NCBI GenBank assembly: GCA_963825245.1 | Contig: CAWGSJ010000013.1 | Span: 226,537-290,536 of the forward strand | Length of the DNA: 64,000 nucleotides | From: an uncultured Acidobacteriota bacterium | GTDB taxonomy: Bacteria > Acidobacteriota > Vicinamibacteria > Vicinamibacterales > CAVVIG01 | Reading direction: 5' to 3' | Shown here: piece after piece, positions 30,084 through 42,235 of the stretch | Numbering within the stretch: the first letter of the stretch is position 1 | How the letters are laid out: the number at the start of each line of letters is the position of its first letter | The notes under the pieces: model-generated | Told to the model about the DNA's origin: nothing | The model's input: only the letters and a program-made list of their open reading frames with translations | Database searches by the model: none | Made by a program: the position numbers and the translations under genes

Positions 30084-30935
30084 TCAATGCGACAACGCGT
30101 ACAACACGACGTTGACGCCGAGCGCGTAGCCGTCGGAGGAGAACTGCAGGAAGAACTCGCGGTCTTCGCCTTCACGCTCCCACGAATCGCCGATGTCGGT
30201 GTTGTGCGTCATCACGACCATCGCCCGGCCGCGCTGGTCGGCGATCATCCGGAAGTTGGCGTGCGGGCTATCGGACCCGCGCTCCGAGGTCGTGCCGCCG
30301 CTGACGCGCCACAAGTTGATGCTGGTGACCTGCGGGATCTTCTCGATGCTGAACATCATGTGCCGCGTGGCGTGGTCCGCGGGAACGTCCACGATCGGGT
30401 ACTCGGGCAGCACGCGCCGCATCTGCGCCGACCACTCCTGCCAGGCGCGCGTGCCCCAGAAATCGTCCACCCAGAGGAATCCGCCCTTCAAGAGGTAGTC
30501 GCGGAGGCGTTTCACTTCCTGATCGGAGAACCCGGCGGTCCCGACGTCGGTGGCCATCGTGAACGTGCACTGAAAGAGCGTATCGTCCAGCGCCGTCACG
30601 ACCCAGTAGTTCGGCTGGCCTTCTTTATCCCTGCTGATCGGCGTCTTGGTGAGTTCGGCGACGCGCGTCATCAGGTTGATTCCAGCGTACGGGTAGTCAG
30701 TCGCCCAGCCGATGCCGTTGTCCTCCCTGCGGACGCTGTCGTACATCAGCTTGCAGTGCGTGAACGCCCCGTCGGCGAAGCGCGGCGGAGGGAATCGCGG
30801 CGGCACCTGGGGCCCTTCCGGCAGCCGATACCGCTGCGCGGACGCGGTGGCCGCGACAATCGCCAGCAGCAGCATCGCGGCGAGCACCCGGGTTCTTCGC
30901 ATGGTTTCTGGACGACCTCGAAGTCCCCTGATCAT
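30084..30935 (-). CDS. Secreted hypothetical protein (possibly DUF4159 family)
   Basis: Intact 283-aa ORF with signal peptide (VLAAMLLLAIVAATASA) and GGFLWVDDFWG motif; family call is from memory. Confidence 0.4.
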   Translation of the reverse strand: MIRGLRGRPETMRRTRVLAAMLLLAIVAATASAQRYRLPEGPQVPPRFPPPRFADGAFTHCKLMYDSVRREDNGIGWATDYPYAGINLMTRVAELTKTPISRDKEGQPNYWVVTALDDTLFQCTFTMATDVGTAGFSDQEVKRLRDYLLKGGFLWVDDFWGTRAWQEWSAQMRRVLPEYPIVDVPADHATRHMMFSIEKIPQVTSINLWRVSGGTTSERGSDSPHANFRMIADQRGRAMVVMTHNTDIGDSWEREGEDREFFLQFSSDGYALGVNVVLYALSH

Positions 30936-31000
30936 ATCCGCGGGACGGGTGCCTGATTCGTATTGCAGTCCGTGCGGACCTTTGGAGTCTGTAACAAACC

Positions 31001-33001
31001 CTACTCGGGAGTTATCGCCACGTCATTCGCGGGCGTCGGCCGCACTGGCTTCGAGGTAAGCCCGGCGTCGATCTGGCGCATCAAGAGCGCCATCACTCCT
31101 CCGAGCGTGCCGCTGCCATCGCTGCCGCCCATGACCAGCGTGTTCGGCATGAACGGCACATTGCTCTTCGAGAGAGCTTCGACGGCGTTCACCAGCGCCG
31201 TCGCGCTCGCCCCCAAGGCTGCAACCTGCCGTTCGTAGGCCTCGGCCCGTGCCAGACCGACCGATCTGACCTGCGCGCCCTGCGCCGCGCCGGTCTGCTC
31301 GATAAAGGTGGCCTCTCCCTGGGCTTCCATTTTCCGGGCCGCGGTCCGGTTGGTCTGGATGTCCACACCCACCTGGGACTTCGCGAGGTCGGCCTGCATG
31401 TCCGCAGTGCCTTTGGCCTTCTCGGTTTCGGTCCGCTGGTCCTGGGCCGACCTCTGCATTTTGTAGGTGGCTACTTGCTGATTCGCGATCTCCCGTTCCG
31501 TCAACACGCCCACCAATTGCTCTGGGAGGACCACCGCTTGGATATACACGCCGCGCGTCTCGACCCGATATTTCGCCAGTTCTTCCTTGACGTATTCGAA
31601 TGCCCCTTGCTGGACCGCCTCACGGGTGGCGATGAAGCTGACCGCGGGCATGCTTTGCAGCTTGTTGCGAAAATGGTTACCCACCGCGGCCTGCAACACC
31701 TCGTTGACAAGGTTCGCCACGCTCCCAACCATGGAGATGACATACGGAGCCTGGGTGTCTGGAATGTGAATCTGCACCTGCAGATCGATCGCGAAATGAA
31801 ACCCCTCACTGCTCTTTGCCTCAATCTGCTTCAGTTGCGCATCAAGATTGTGCGCTTGCGACACCACATCGGCCCAGTTCAGCGTGATGATAAACGTCGG
31901 CACGATGACGGCCTGGTAACAGCGAGGATTGATCGGGTACTTTCCCGTTCGCAACGGCTCCTGCCAGATGCCGCGATGGCCGGGCCGCACGAGGCTGCCG
32001 AACTTGAACTCAGACCCCGACGTATCCTGCGTCGGGAGACCGACGTACGCTTTCATCACGGCAACCTGACCTTGCTCGACGACCAGCATCGGCACTTCTT
32101 CGACTCGAACCAGAAACGGGTTGAGGTTGTACGCACCGTACAGCAGGGGGTCGTGTTGCAGCCCGATCTTGCCGCCCAGCTGCAAAAACTTCTGAAAATC
32201 CTGGTAGGCGCTGTGCTTGTCATTCTGGTTGCCCAGAATGGTCTCGATGAGTCGCGCGTCCGAAGCGGCGCTCGCGCCAACGACGGTCTCCAACGCTTCG
32301 ATATCCTTGAATCCACCCAGGCGGCTCGCGATATCACCGGCAGGCAAGGGCTCGCCTTCCAACGTCGTGACGACACCCACCATGTCGAGGACTTTTCCGG
32401 CCTCGGTTGGGTGCGGAGAGATTCGGGTGACTTCGAGTTGCCGTGCTTCGAGCCCGAACGCCTCGTAGGTGAGCGCGCCTTTCTTGTGAGCCAACGTGCT
32501 GAGATCGGAAGAAACGGGTCGGCCGAATACCTCCGGCTTGGTGATCACCAGGAACGCGACGGGATGAATCGGAGCCAGTGTGCCGGGAGACAACACCGGC
32601 CGCTGAACGCCCTTTTGGCCGCCTCGTTCGATGAACGTGTTCAGGTCGCTGAAATTACCGAACTCCGGTTTGTACACCGCCGACTTAGCGCCGATGGGCA
32701 GCGGCTGTCCAACTTGAGCAATCACCACGCCGATTTGGCCCGCGGGCACCTGCACCCACGGATGCTTCGTCACCGCGTACACCAGGCCGAACTTGAAGCG
32801 TAGGCCGGGCATGAGCAATTGCGCCTGGTACCCCGCTTCCCCACGAAACGCCAGAGGGTTGTCTCCCGGCAGTTTCGCTCCGAATCGTTTGCGGACCAGT
32901 CCGATCTGGGTGGGACCGATGCTGTAGATCGAGTGAAGAAGACTGATCAAGACCACGACTGCCGCGATGACGAGAGACCATGTTCCAACGTCGAATATCA
33001 C
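31001..33001 (-). CDS. SPFH/band-7 (flotillin-like) family protein
   Basis: Intact 666-aa ORF; N-terminal TM helix, SPFH domain, Ala/Gln-rich coiled-coil C-terminus. Confidence 0.65.
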   Translation of the reverse strand: MIFDVGTWSLVIAAVVVLISLLHSIYSIGPTQIGLVRKRFGAKLPGDNPLAFRGEAGYQAQLLMPGLRFKFGLVYAVTKHPWVQVPAGQIGVVIAQVGQPLPIGAKSAVYKPEFGNFSDLNTFIERGGQKGVQRPVLSPGTLAPIHPVAFLVITKPEVFGRPVSSDLSTLAHKKGALTYEAFGLEARQLEVTRISPHPTEAGKVLDMVGVVTTLEGEPLPAGDIASRLGGFKDIEALETVVGASAASDARLIETILGNQNDKHSAYQDFQKFLQLGGKIGLQHDPLLYGAYNLNPFLVRVEEVPMLVVEQGQVAVMKAYVGLPTQDTSGSEFKFGSLVRPGHRGIWQEPLRTGKYPINPRCYQAVIVPTFIITLNWADVVSQAHNLDAQLKQIEAKSSEGFHFAIDLQVQIHIPDTQAPYVISMVGSVANLVNEVLQAAVGNHFRNKLQSMPAVSFIATREAVQQGAFEYVKEELAKYRVETRGVYIQAVVLPEQLVGVLTEREIANQQVATYKMQRSAQDQRTETEKAKGTADMQADLAKSQVGVDIQTNRTAARKMEAQGEATFIEQTGAAQGAQVRSVGLARAEAYERQVAALGASATALVNAVEALSKSNVPFMPNTLVMGGSDGSGTLGGVMALLMRQIDAGLTSKPVRPTPANDVAITPE

Positions 33002-33088
33002 AGGGCAGCTCCTAGCAACCGTCTTGACTTCGGCAGGAGTCTATCATTGGGCGTCAGAGGCGAGGCGTGAGTCCGCGTCAGCTTCCAA

Positions 33089-34231
33089 TCAGGATTCTGT
33101 AAGCGGGACGACCTGAACAGCGGCGTCGGGGACTGCGCTCAGAAAACGATCCAGCGTCGATCCACGCCAGAGCACTTCCCACCGCGACCTGGCCGACTGT
33201 CCGAAGATGACGTGCGTCACCCCTTCTCGCTGCGCGAACGCGACCAGGCCTTCGGCGGGACGGTCGGCCTTCACACGAACCACGGTGGCGCCGAGGCTCT
33301 CGGCGAGACGGATGTTCTGCTGAAGGGCATCCGCGTCGTCGCGCTGGATGCGATCGGGCTGTTCGCGCGGCGTCTCCACGTAGACCGCGTACCACTTCGA
33401 GCCCAGGCGGCCGGCGATGCGGGCGCCGGTGCGAAGCACGCGCGGCGCGAGCGCATTGGAGCTCATGCACACCATCACCCGCTCGGGAATCAGCGCCGGC
33501 TCCAGCCCTTCGCGCTGCCGGTAGCTGGCCGCCTTCTCGCCCACTTCGTCGGCAACGGCACGCAGCGCCAGCTCACGGAGCGTCGACAGGTTGCCCTTGC
33601 GGAAGAAGTTCGTGAGCGCCTGCTCCACTTTCTCCGGCTTGTAGACCTTCCCCTGGCGGAGCCGGTTGCGGAGCTCTTCGACGGTGACGTCGACGTTGAT
33701 CACTTCGTCGGCGCGGTCGATGAACGTGTCGGGGACGGTTTCTCGCACGCGGACTCCCGTCAGCCGGGCCACCGCATCGTTCAGCGTCTCGATGTGCTGG
33801 ATGTTGACCGCCGTCATGACATGAATGCCGGCGCCGAGGATCTCGAGGACGTCCTCGTAGCGCTTCTCATGCCGGCTGCCTGGCACGTTGGTGTGCGCGA
33901 GCTCGTCCACCACGCAGACCTGCGGCTTCCGGCGGATGATGGCGTCGACGTCCATCTCCTCCATCGTCACGCCGCGATAGTCGATGGCGCGCCTCGGCAC
34001 GATCTCCAGGTCCTTGATCTGCGCCTGCGTGTCGGGCCGGCCGTAGGTCTCGACCAGGCCGACCACGACGTCGAGACCGCCGGCGCGCAGCGCATGCGCT
34101 TCCTGCAGCATCTCGTAGGTCTTGCCGACGCCAGGTGCCGCTCCGATGTAGATGCGCAGCCGTGCATGGTCCTGCGCTTTGATCCGTGCCAGCAGCGCAT
34201 CAGCGGACGGTCGCTGATGAGGGACGGTCAC
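33089..34231 (-). CDS. kdpD: Stand-alone KdpD N-terminal sensor domain with USP domain (split KdpD)
   Basis: RLRIYIGAAPGVGKTYEMLQEA (KdpD_N P-loop-like motif) followed by a USP domain; 380 aa with no TM or kinase part. Confidence 0.75.
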   Translation of the reverse strand: MTVPHQRPSADALLARIKAQDHARLRIYIGAAPGVGKTYEMLQEAHALRAGGLDVVVGLVETYGRPDTQAQIKDLEIVPRRAIDYRGVTMEEMDVDAIIRRKPQVCVVDELAHTNVPGSRHEKRYEDVLEILGAGIHVMTAVNIQHIETLNDAVARLTGVRVRETVPDTFIDRADEVINVDVTVEELRNRLRQGKVYKPEKVEQALTNFFRKGNLSTLRELALRAVADEVGEKAASYRQREGLEPALIPERVMVCMSSNALAPRVLRTGARIAGRLGSKWYAVYVETPREQPDRIQRDDADALQQNIRLAESLGATVVRVKADRPAEGLVAFAQREGVTHVIFGQSARSRWEVLWRGSTLDRFLSAVPDAAVQVVPLTES

Positions 34232-34284
34232 CGGCGACCACCGGGGAGGCTGGAATCGGCAGACTGACCGCCGTGACAGAATGG

Positions 34285-34950
34285 ATGCAATCGATGAAAC
34301 GCATCGCGGCGATTGTCGCGCTGATGGTTGCGGCCGCGGTCGTGTTCGTCGCCGATCAAGCGCGGCGAACGCTCGGAACGCTGGAACGCGTGGAGCAGGA
34401 CCGGGACACCTGGCAGCGTCCCGCCGACGTGCTGCGTCATCTCGACGCCGGGCCCGGTGATGTCGTCGTCGATCTCGGGTCGGGCGCCGGTTACTTCGCC
34501 CTGAAGCTGGCGCCGCAGGTCGCGCCCGGCGGGCGCGTCATCGCGGTCGACTTGCGACGCCAGTCGCTCGCCTTCCTCAGGATGAGGGCCGTGCGGCGCG
34601 GCGACTCCAACGTGGAGATCGTTCACGCTGCGCCCGATGACCCGCGGCTGCCACCAGGCCCCGTCGACGCCGCACTTATCGCCAACACTTACCACGAGCT
34701 GACGGCGCCGTCGGCGGTTCTGACAGCGCTCGCGCGCGCCATGCACTCGAACGCACGGCTGGTCGTCGTCGACCGAAGTCCGCGGCCAGGCGACAGCGAT
34801 CGCCACGCCGGGCACCACCACGTCACCCTGGATGCGGCGGAGCGTCAGATCTCCCAACATGGCTTCGAGCCGGTGACTCGTGAGGCTTCGTTCATCGATC
34901 GACCCGGAGAGGAAGACGTCTGGTGGCTGCTGGTCTTCCGCAAGATCTAG
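34285..34950 (+). CDS. Class I SAM-dependent methyltransferase (membrane-anchored or secreted)
   Basis: VVDLGSGAGYFALKLA (motif I); signal-anchor MKRIAAIVALMVAAAVVF; inserted on the opposite strand between kdpC and kdpD-N. Confidence 0.6.
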   Translation: MQSMKRIAAIVALMVAAAVVFVADQARRTLGTLERVEQDRDTWQRPADVLRHLDAGPGDVVVDLGSGAGYFALKLAPQVAPGGRVIAVDLRRQSLAFLRMRAVRRGDSNVEIVHAAPDDPRLPPGPVDAALIANTYHELTAPSAVLTALARAMHSNARLVVVDRSPRPGDSDRHAGHHHVTLDAAERQISQHGFEPVTREASFIDRPGEEDVWWLLVFRKI

Positions 34951-35015
34951 CTACACCCACTTCCCACCACCCGGACCTGCCGGCAATCGCATCCTCGACG
35001 GCCATCACCACGCCG

Positions 35016-35609
35016 CTACTGTTTCTGGCCGCGATGCCCGGCATCCAGGGCCAGATTGAGCTCGAGCACGTTCACACGCGGCTCGCCGAAGAACCCGAGC
35101 TGCCGGCCTTCGGTATGGGCGTCCACGAGACGCCGGACGTCGGCCTCGTTCATCTGCCGTTCGCGCGCCACACGCGGCACCTGGAAGTCCGCTGCCGCCG
35201 GCGAGATATGCGGGTCGAAGCCGGACGCCGACGTCGTGACCAGATCGATCGGAACCGGGGCGTTCGTGTTCTCCTGGCGCGCGGCCTTCACATTGGCCTC
35301 GACCGCCTCGATCAGCTTCTTGTTCGTCGGGCCGAACTGGCTGCCCGCCGAGTTCGCGGCGTCGTAGGGCGTGCTGGTTGCCGACGGCCGTGGGCGGAAG
35401 TAGCCGGGCTTCGAAAATCCCTGACCGATGATCCGCGATCCCACGACTGTGCCGTCGCGCTCGATCAGCTGACCGTTAGCCTGGTCGGGAAAGAAGACCT
35501 GTGCGATCCCGGTGATTGCCAATGGGTACAAGACACCAAGAAGGACCGTCGTCACAACCGTCATGAGGACGGCGACGACGAAATTGCGAGCGAAGTTCAT
35601 TGGTGACAC
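35016..35609 (-). CDS. kdpC: K+-transporting ATPase subunit C
   Basis: Intact 197-aa ORF; N-terminal TM helix and KdpC-conserved ASGFDPHISPAAADFQ. Confidence 0.85.
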   Translation of the reverse strand: MSPMNFARNFVVAVLMTVVTTVLLGVLYPLAITGIAQVFFPDQANGQLIERDGTVVGSRIIGQGFSKPGYFRPRPSATSTPYDAANSAGSQFGPTNKKLIEAVEANVKAARQENTNAPVPIDLVTTSASGFDPHISPAAADFQVPRVARERQMNEADVRRLVDAHTEGRQLGFFGEPRVNVLELNLALDAGHRGQKQ

Positions 35610-35613
35610 CCCT

Positions 35614-37662
<2,049 letters not shown>

Positions 37663-37663
37663 A

Positions 37664-39394
37664 TCAAAACACCTGGCCGCTGTTCATCAGGAAGTGTTCG
37701 ACGATCGGTCCGAGGCTGAGCGCCGGGAAGAAGGTGAGCGCGCCGACGATCACGATGACGCCGACCAGCAGCGCCGTGAAGAGCGGCGTCGTCACCGGGA
37801 AGGTCCCGAGCGACGGCGGAATCAGCTTCTTGCGGCTCAGGCTGCCGGCGATGGCGAGCGGCGGGATGATCATGAAGAACCGCCCGAACAGCATCGCCAG
37901 GCCGAGCGTCGTGTTGTACCACTTCGTGTTGACACTGATGCCGCCAAAGGCGGACCCGTTATTGGCCGACGCCGACGAGTAGGCGTAGAGGATCTCGGAG
38001 AGCCCATGCGGGCCCGGATTGAAGACGCTCGACGTGCCGAACTCGGGCGAGACCGAGGAGATCGCGGTGAAGGTGAGGATCAGCAGCGAGAAGATCAGCA
38101 CCGTCAGCATGGCCATCTGCACCTCGAACGCCTGGATCTTCTTGCCGAGGTACTCCGGTGTCCGTCCGACCATGAGGCCGGCGATGAAGACGGACAGGAT
38201 GATGTAAACGAGGATTCCATACATCCCGGCGCCGACACCGCCGAACACGACCTCGCTCAACTGCATGTTGGCGAGCGGCACGAGCCCGCCGAGCGGCGTG
38301 AACGAGTCGTGCCAGCCGTTGACCGCGCCGCAGCTCGCGTCGGTGGTCACCGTGGCGAACAGCGCCGTGTTCGCGATACCGAAGCGGACTTCCTTGCCTT
38401 CCATGTTGCCGCCGGGCGAGGCCGCCGTCGTGGTCTGATCCGCGCCGGCCGCGGCCAGCATCGGGTTGCCGGCCGCTTCGGCCCAGTAGGCGACCGTCAC
38501 GCCGCCGAGAAACAGCACCGCCATCGCCGCCCAGACCGCCCAGCCGTGTCGGCGCGACCCGGTCATCGTGCCAAGCGTGTAGGTCAGCCCCGAGGAGATC
38601 GCGAAGATGCCGAACATCGCCAGGAAGTTCGTCAGCGGGGTCGGGTTCTCGTAGGGATGCGAGCTGTTGGCGTTGAAGAAGCCGCCGCCGTTGGTGCCGA
38701 ACTGCTTGATGATCTCCTGCGACGCCGCCGGGCCCTGTGCGATGACCTGCTTGCCACCCTCGACGGTCTGCACCGTGTCGTAGGCCTTCAGGTTCTGCAC
38801 CACGCCCTGCGACACCAGGAACAGCGAGCCGACGATGGCGATCGGCAGAAGGACCCAGAGCGACGCGCGCACCAGGTCGACCCAGAAGTTGCCGATCGTG
38901 TCGGTTTCCTTCTGGCTGATACCGCGGATGAAGGCGATTGCCACCGAGATGCCGACGGCCGCGGACACGAAGTTGTGGTAGGCGAGCCCGGCCATCTGCG
39001 TGAAATAGCTCATCGTCGACTCGCCGCTGTACGCCTGCCAGTTCGTGTTCGTGGTGAACGACACCGCGGTGTTGAACGCGAGGTCGGGGGCGACGCCGCC
39101 GAACCCCTGCGGGTTCCACGGGAGCAGCGACTGCAGCCGCTGCATCGCATAAAGCACCACCAGCGACACGACGCTGAAGAGCAGCAGCGCGACCGCGTAC
39201 TCGGTCCAGCGCATGCCGCGCCGCTCGTCGACGCCGGTGAGGCGGTAGATCAGGCGCTCGATCGGCCGCATCACCGGATCGAGAAAGGTGCGCTGCCCGG
39301 CGAACACCCGCGCCATGAAGCCGCCGAGCGGCGGCGTCACGACGAAGACCGCCACCAGGAAAAACAGAATCTGCAGCCAGCCGTTGAGAGTCAT
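37664..39394 (-). CDS. kdpA: K+-transporting ATPase subunit A
   Basis: Intact 576-aa, 10-TM ORF immediately upstream of kdpB. Confidence 0.85.
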   Translation of the reverse strand: MTLNGWLQILFFLVAVFVVTPPLGGFMARVFAGQRTFLDPVMRPIERLIYRLTGVDERRGMRWTEYAVALLLFSVVSLVVLYAMQRLQSLLPWNPQGFGGVAPDLAFNTAVSFTTNTNWQAYSGESTMSYFTQMAGLAYHNFVSAAVGISVAIAFIRGISQKETDTIGNFWVDLVRASLWVLLPIAIVGSLFLVSQGVVQNLKAYDTVQTVEGGKQVIAQGPAASQEIIKQFGTNGGGFFNANSSHPYENPTPLTNFLAMFGIFAISSGLTYTLGTMTGSRRHGWAVWAAMAVLFLGGVTVAYWAEAAGNPMLAAAGADQTTTAASPGGNMEGKEVRFGIANTALFATVTTDASCGAVNGWHDSFTPLGGLVPLANMQLSEVVFGGVGAGMYGILVYIILSVFIAGLMVGRTPEYLGKKIQAFEVQMAMLTVLIFSLLILTFTAISSVSPEFGTSSVFNPGPHGLSEILYAYSSASANNGSAFGGISVNTKWYNTTLGLAMLFGRFFMIIPPLAIAGSLSRKKLIPPSLGTFPVTTPLFTALLVGVIVIVGALTFFPALSLGPIVEHFLMNSGQVF

Positions 39395-39406
39395 GTCAGA
39401 ACCCTG

Positions 39407-39496
39407 TCAGAACTTTTCCGGTTTCAGCATCGCCATGACGAGGTACGCCAGCGTCACGATGCTCACGAGCAGACCAATCGTGTAATCCAGGCCCAC
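39407..39496 (-). CDS. kdpF: KdpF-like small membrane peptide (29 aa, GTG start)
   Basis: VGLDYTIGLLVSIVTLAYLVMAMLKPEKF; AGGTGA upstream; 12 nt upstream of kdpA. Confidence 0.55.
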   Translation of the reverse strand: MGLDYTIGLLVSIVTLAYLVMAMLKPEKF

Positions 39497-39504
39497 GGCT
39501 CACC

Positions 39505-39594
39505 TCATTTCATGAGCCGATCGCACACGGCCACATAGCCGATGCCGACGGCGAAGAAAAGAATCGTCAGGCCGACGAACGCAACATCCAGCAC
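39505..39594 (-). CDS. Second KdpF-like hydrophobic peptide (29 aa, GTG start)
   Basis: VLDVAFVGLTILFFAVGIGYVAVCDRLMK; GAGGTG 4 nt upstream; 8 nt upstream of kdpF. Confidence 0.4.
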   Translation of the reverse strand: MLDVAFVGLTILFFAVGIGYVAVCDRLMK

Positions 39595-39661
39595 GGGACA
39601 CCTCGACTTCACGATAAGCAGAGCGCCCTGAAAGCGGGCCAAAAAGTACCCAAGAAAGTCC

Positions 39662-40138
39662 TCAAGACGCGACCGGCGCCAGTGCCCGCTCGCGGAAACC
39701 AGCGCCAATTTGCGCGAAGACGACCGGATAGCCGTCGGCCGTCAGCCGCCCCACCAGCCGCTGTTCCCGGCTCGGCCACCACCACCCGCGGTGGCCTCCG
39801 ACGATCACCAGACCCGACGGGGCGATGAGATGCCCGATCACATCGTCGACACGGTCGCAGATACAGGCGAGGACGGTCGCGCGGACGCCGGCGTCCGCTG
39901 CGGCGGCGCGATGGCGGGCGATCAGCGCGTCCGGCTCTTCACCGGCTCGTTCGGCCGGCCGGAAGGCTTTCCGCGTGGGGACGAAGATCACCACTCGCGC
40001 GTCGACGCCGGCCGTCACCCGCTTCGCGCATTCCAGCGCGCACGCCGTGCCTTCGACCGTCGTCGCCAGCACGTGAATCGACAGTCTGGGCGACGACTCG
40101 ACAGCAGCAGCCGCCTCGACGCCCGCTCGACCGCCCAT
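39662..40138 (-). CDS. Universal stress protein (UspA-like) family protein
   Basis: SIHVLATTV ... ARVVIFVPT ... DLIAPSGLVIVGGHRG ... GYPVVFA fits the USP alpha/beta fold; upstream of the kdp operon. Confidence 0.5.
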   Translation of the reverse strand: MGGRAGVEAAAAVESSPRLSIHVLATTVEGTACALECAKRVTAGVDARVVIFVPTRKAFRPAERAGEEPDALIARHRAAAADAGVRATVLACICDRVDDVIGHLIAPSGLVIVGGHRGWWWPSREQRLVGRLTADGYPVVFAQIGAGFRERALAPVAS

Positions 40139-40296
40139 GCCTCGAGCTTAAGAAGCGCCGCCTGATCGCGGCCCAAGAAGTGCCTGAAAAGTCGCTGAAG
40201 TTTTCTTCGGCGACGCCGTCTACACTGGAGGCTGTGGAGCAGCGTGATCTGACGTACTTCGGTCTCTTCATCATGCGCGGGACGCGGCGGTAATTC

Positions 40297-40518
40297 ATGC
40301 TCGCGACGATCATCGACGTCTACTCCGTCGTCGTCCTGGCTGCCGTCGTCATGTCGTGGGTTTCGGTCGATCCACGGAACCAGTTTGCCTCAGTGATCCG
40401 CGGTGCCACCGAGCCGGTCCTCGAGCCGATTCGGCGCGTGCTGCCGCCGATCGGCGGTCTCGACCTGTCGCCGATGGTGCTGCTCCTTGCCCTGCAGTTG
40501 CTGAAAGGTCTTCTGTGA
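40297..40518 (+). CDS. yggT: YggT-family membrane protein
   Basis: Intact 73-aa ORF; LSWV, TEPVLEPIRRVLP and GGLDLSPMVLLLALQLL are YggT signatures. Confidence 0.7.
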   Translation: MLATIIDVYSVVVLAAVVMSWVSVDPRNQFASVIRGATEPVLEPIRRVLPPIGGLDLSPMVLLLALQLLKGLL

Positions 40519-40649
40519 ACGCCATCCTGCTGTCGACGGCTCATAGAATGATGTCTACTCCTTCTCAGGGAGTTCTCAGGTAATTCGTGGGGCACTGCGG
40601 TTACAGTCGTTGCAGCGTGCTTCGCGGCCGGCTTCGCACGAGGTTTCTG

Positions 40650-41513
40650 ATGTCGTCTCCCACCGCAGCGATGGTACGACTGGCTTTCGCGACGCTGGCA
40701 ATTGGTGCCTGGGGGTGTGTGAATCCGCAGGCGCAACTGACCCAGCTGATCGAAGCGCGTCGGCTCGCATCCGAGCTTCACGTCGAGTTCACAAAAGCGT
40801 CCGACGCGGCCAACCGCGCCGTCATGGCCGACACCGACGAGGCATCAGCTGCCGCGGCCGACGAGGCGCGGCGCGCCCGGGAGATCGTGGAGCGCGACGT
40901 CCAGGCGCTGCATTCCCTCCTGCAATCAGTCGGCTACGGCGCGGATCTGAAGGCGCTCGAGGCGTTCAACGAGCGCTTCGAGGAGTACCGCCGGCTGGAC
41001 GACGAAATCCTGCCGCTGGCCGTCGAGAACACGAACCTGAAGGCACAGCGTCTGTCATTCGGGCCAGGACCCGAGGCGGCCGAGGCGTTCCGGACTGCGC
41101 TCGAGGCCAGCGCTCGAGTGAGCGCGGCGACGGGCTCGTGTTGCTCCGAAGCGATCGCCGCCCGCGCGCGGACCGCCGTCCTCGAGATCCAGGTGTTGCA
41201 GGCGCCGCACATCGCGGAATCGGACGACGCCGCGATGACGCGCATGGAGGGGCAGATGGCCTCTTTTGCCGAAGCGGCGCGGCAGGCTCTCCAGGAGTTG
41301 AAAGCCGGGCCCGAGCGGACGGCGGCGATGGCCGCACTGGATCGCTTCCTGGCCACGAACCAGGAGATCGTCGCGCTGTCGCGCCGCAACAGCAACGTGC
41401 GCTCCCTCGCGCTGTCGCTCGGCCGCAAGCGGACAGTCGCCGCCGAGTGCGAGGATCGATTGCGCGCCCTCGAGGAAGCCCTCGCGAAGCACGAGTTTTC
41501 CGCTACGCGATGA
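40650..41513 (+). CDS. Putative lipoprotein with a helical (four-helix-bundle-like) domain
   Basis: Lipobox LAIGAWGC; Ala/Glu-rich helical repeats; no recognised catalytic motif. Confidence 0.45.
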   Translation: MSSPTAAMVRLAFATLAIGAWGCVNPQAQLTQLIEARRLASELHVEFTKASDAANRAVMADTDEASAAAADEARRAREIVERDVQALHSLLQSVGYGADLKALEAFNERFEEYRRLDDEILPLAVENTNLKAQRLSFGPGPEAAEAFRTALEASARVSAATGSCCSEAIAARARTAVLEIQVLQAPHIAESDDAAMTRMEGQMASFAEAARQALQELKAGPERTAAMAALDRFLATNQEIVALSRRNSNVRSLALSLGRKRTVAAECEDRLRALEEALAKHEFSATR

Positions 41514-41527
41514 TGGTGATGGGTGCG

Positions 41528-42235
41528 TCAGGATGATTCATCGGTCGCGAACCGATAGCCGACCCACGGCTCGCTGAGCAGATACTTCGGGTGCGTCGGA
41601 TCGGGCTCGATCTTCTTCCGGAGCTGCGCCACCAGGGTCCAGAGGTGCTCGGGCTGCTCGACCGCATTCGGCCCCCACACCGCCTTCAGGATCACGCGGT
41701 GCGTCAGCACTCGATCGTGGTTGCGGGCCAGCAGCGACAGGAGCTCGAATTCCTTCGGCGTGAGCCGGATTTCGGTTTCATCGCGAACCACGCGCCGCCG
41801 GTCGTAGTCGATTGTCAGCGCACCGGCGCGCAGCAGACCGGTCTCGGTGCTGTCGCCGGACGCCACCCGCCGCAGCGCGACCCGGATGCGCGCCAGCAGC
41901 TCCTCCGGACCAAACGGCTTGGTGACGTAGTCGTCGGCGCCGACGTCGAGCGCATTGACCTTGTCGGCTTCCCCGCCGCGCGCCGACAGGACGATGATCG
42001 GCACGTCGGATGTCGCCCGCACCCGCCGGCACACTTCGGTGCCCTCCAGATCGGGCAGCCCCAGGTCGAGGACGATCAGGTCGGGCGGCGTCTGCGCGAA
42101 TCGATCGAGGGCGTCTGCCCCGGTTGCCGCGAGGTCCACCTCGTATCCGCGGGAGCGCAGAAGTGGACCGACCGCGCGTTGAATGGCGGCCTCGTCGTCG
42201 ACGAGCAGGATGCGAGGGCGATGCGTCATCGGCTG
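41528..42235 (-). CDS. kdpE: Kdp response regulator (OmpR family)
   Basis: ILLVDDEAAIQRAV ... [23 protein letters not shown] ... LTPKEFELLSLLARNHDRVLTHRVIL ... VGYRF. Start ATGA overlaps the probable kdpD stop. Confidence 0.8.
   Translation of the reverse strand, partial: QPMTHRPRILLVDDEAAIQRAVGPLLRSRGYEVDLAATGADALDRFAQTPPDLIVLDLGLPDLEGTEVCRRVRATSDVPIIVLSARGGEADKVNALDVGADDYVTKPFGPEELLARIRVALRRVASGDSTETGLLRAGALTIDYDRRRVVRDETEIRLTPKEFELLSLLARNHDRVLTHRVILKAVWGPNAVEQPEHLWTLVAQLRKKIEPDPTHPKYLLSEPWVGYRFATDESS

Noticed and set aside
33212-34267. 351-aa plus-strand ORF
   Set aside because: It is antisense to the KdpD-N/USP gene, which has unambiguous homology.
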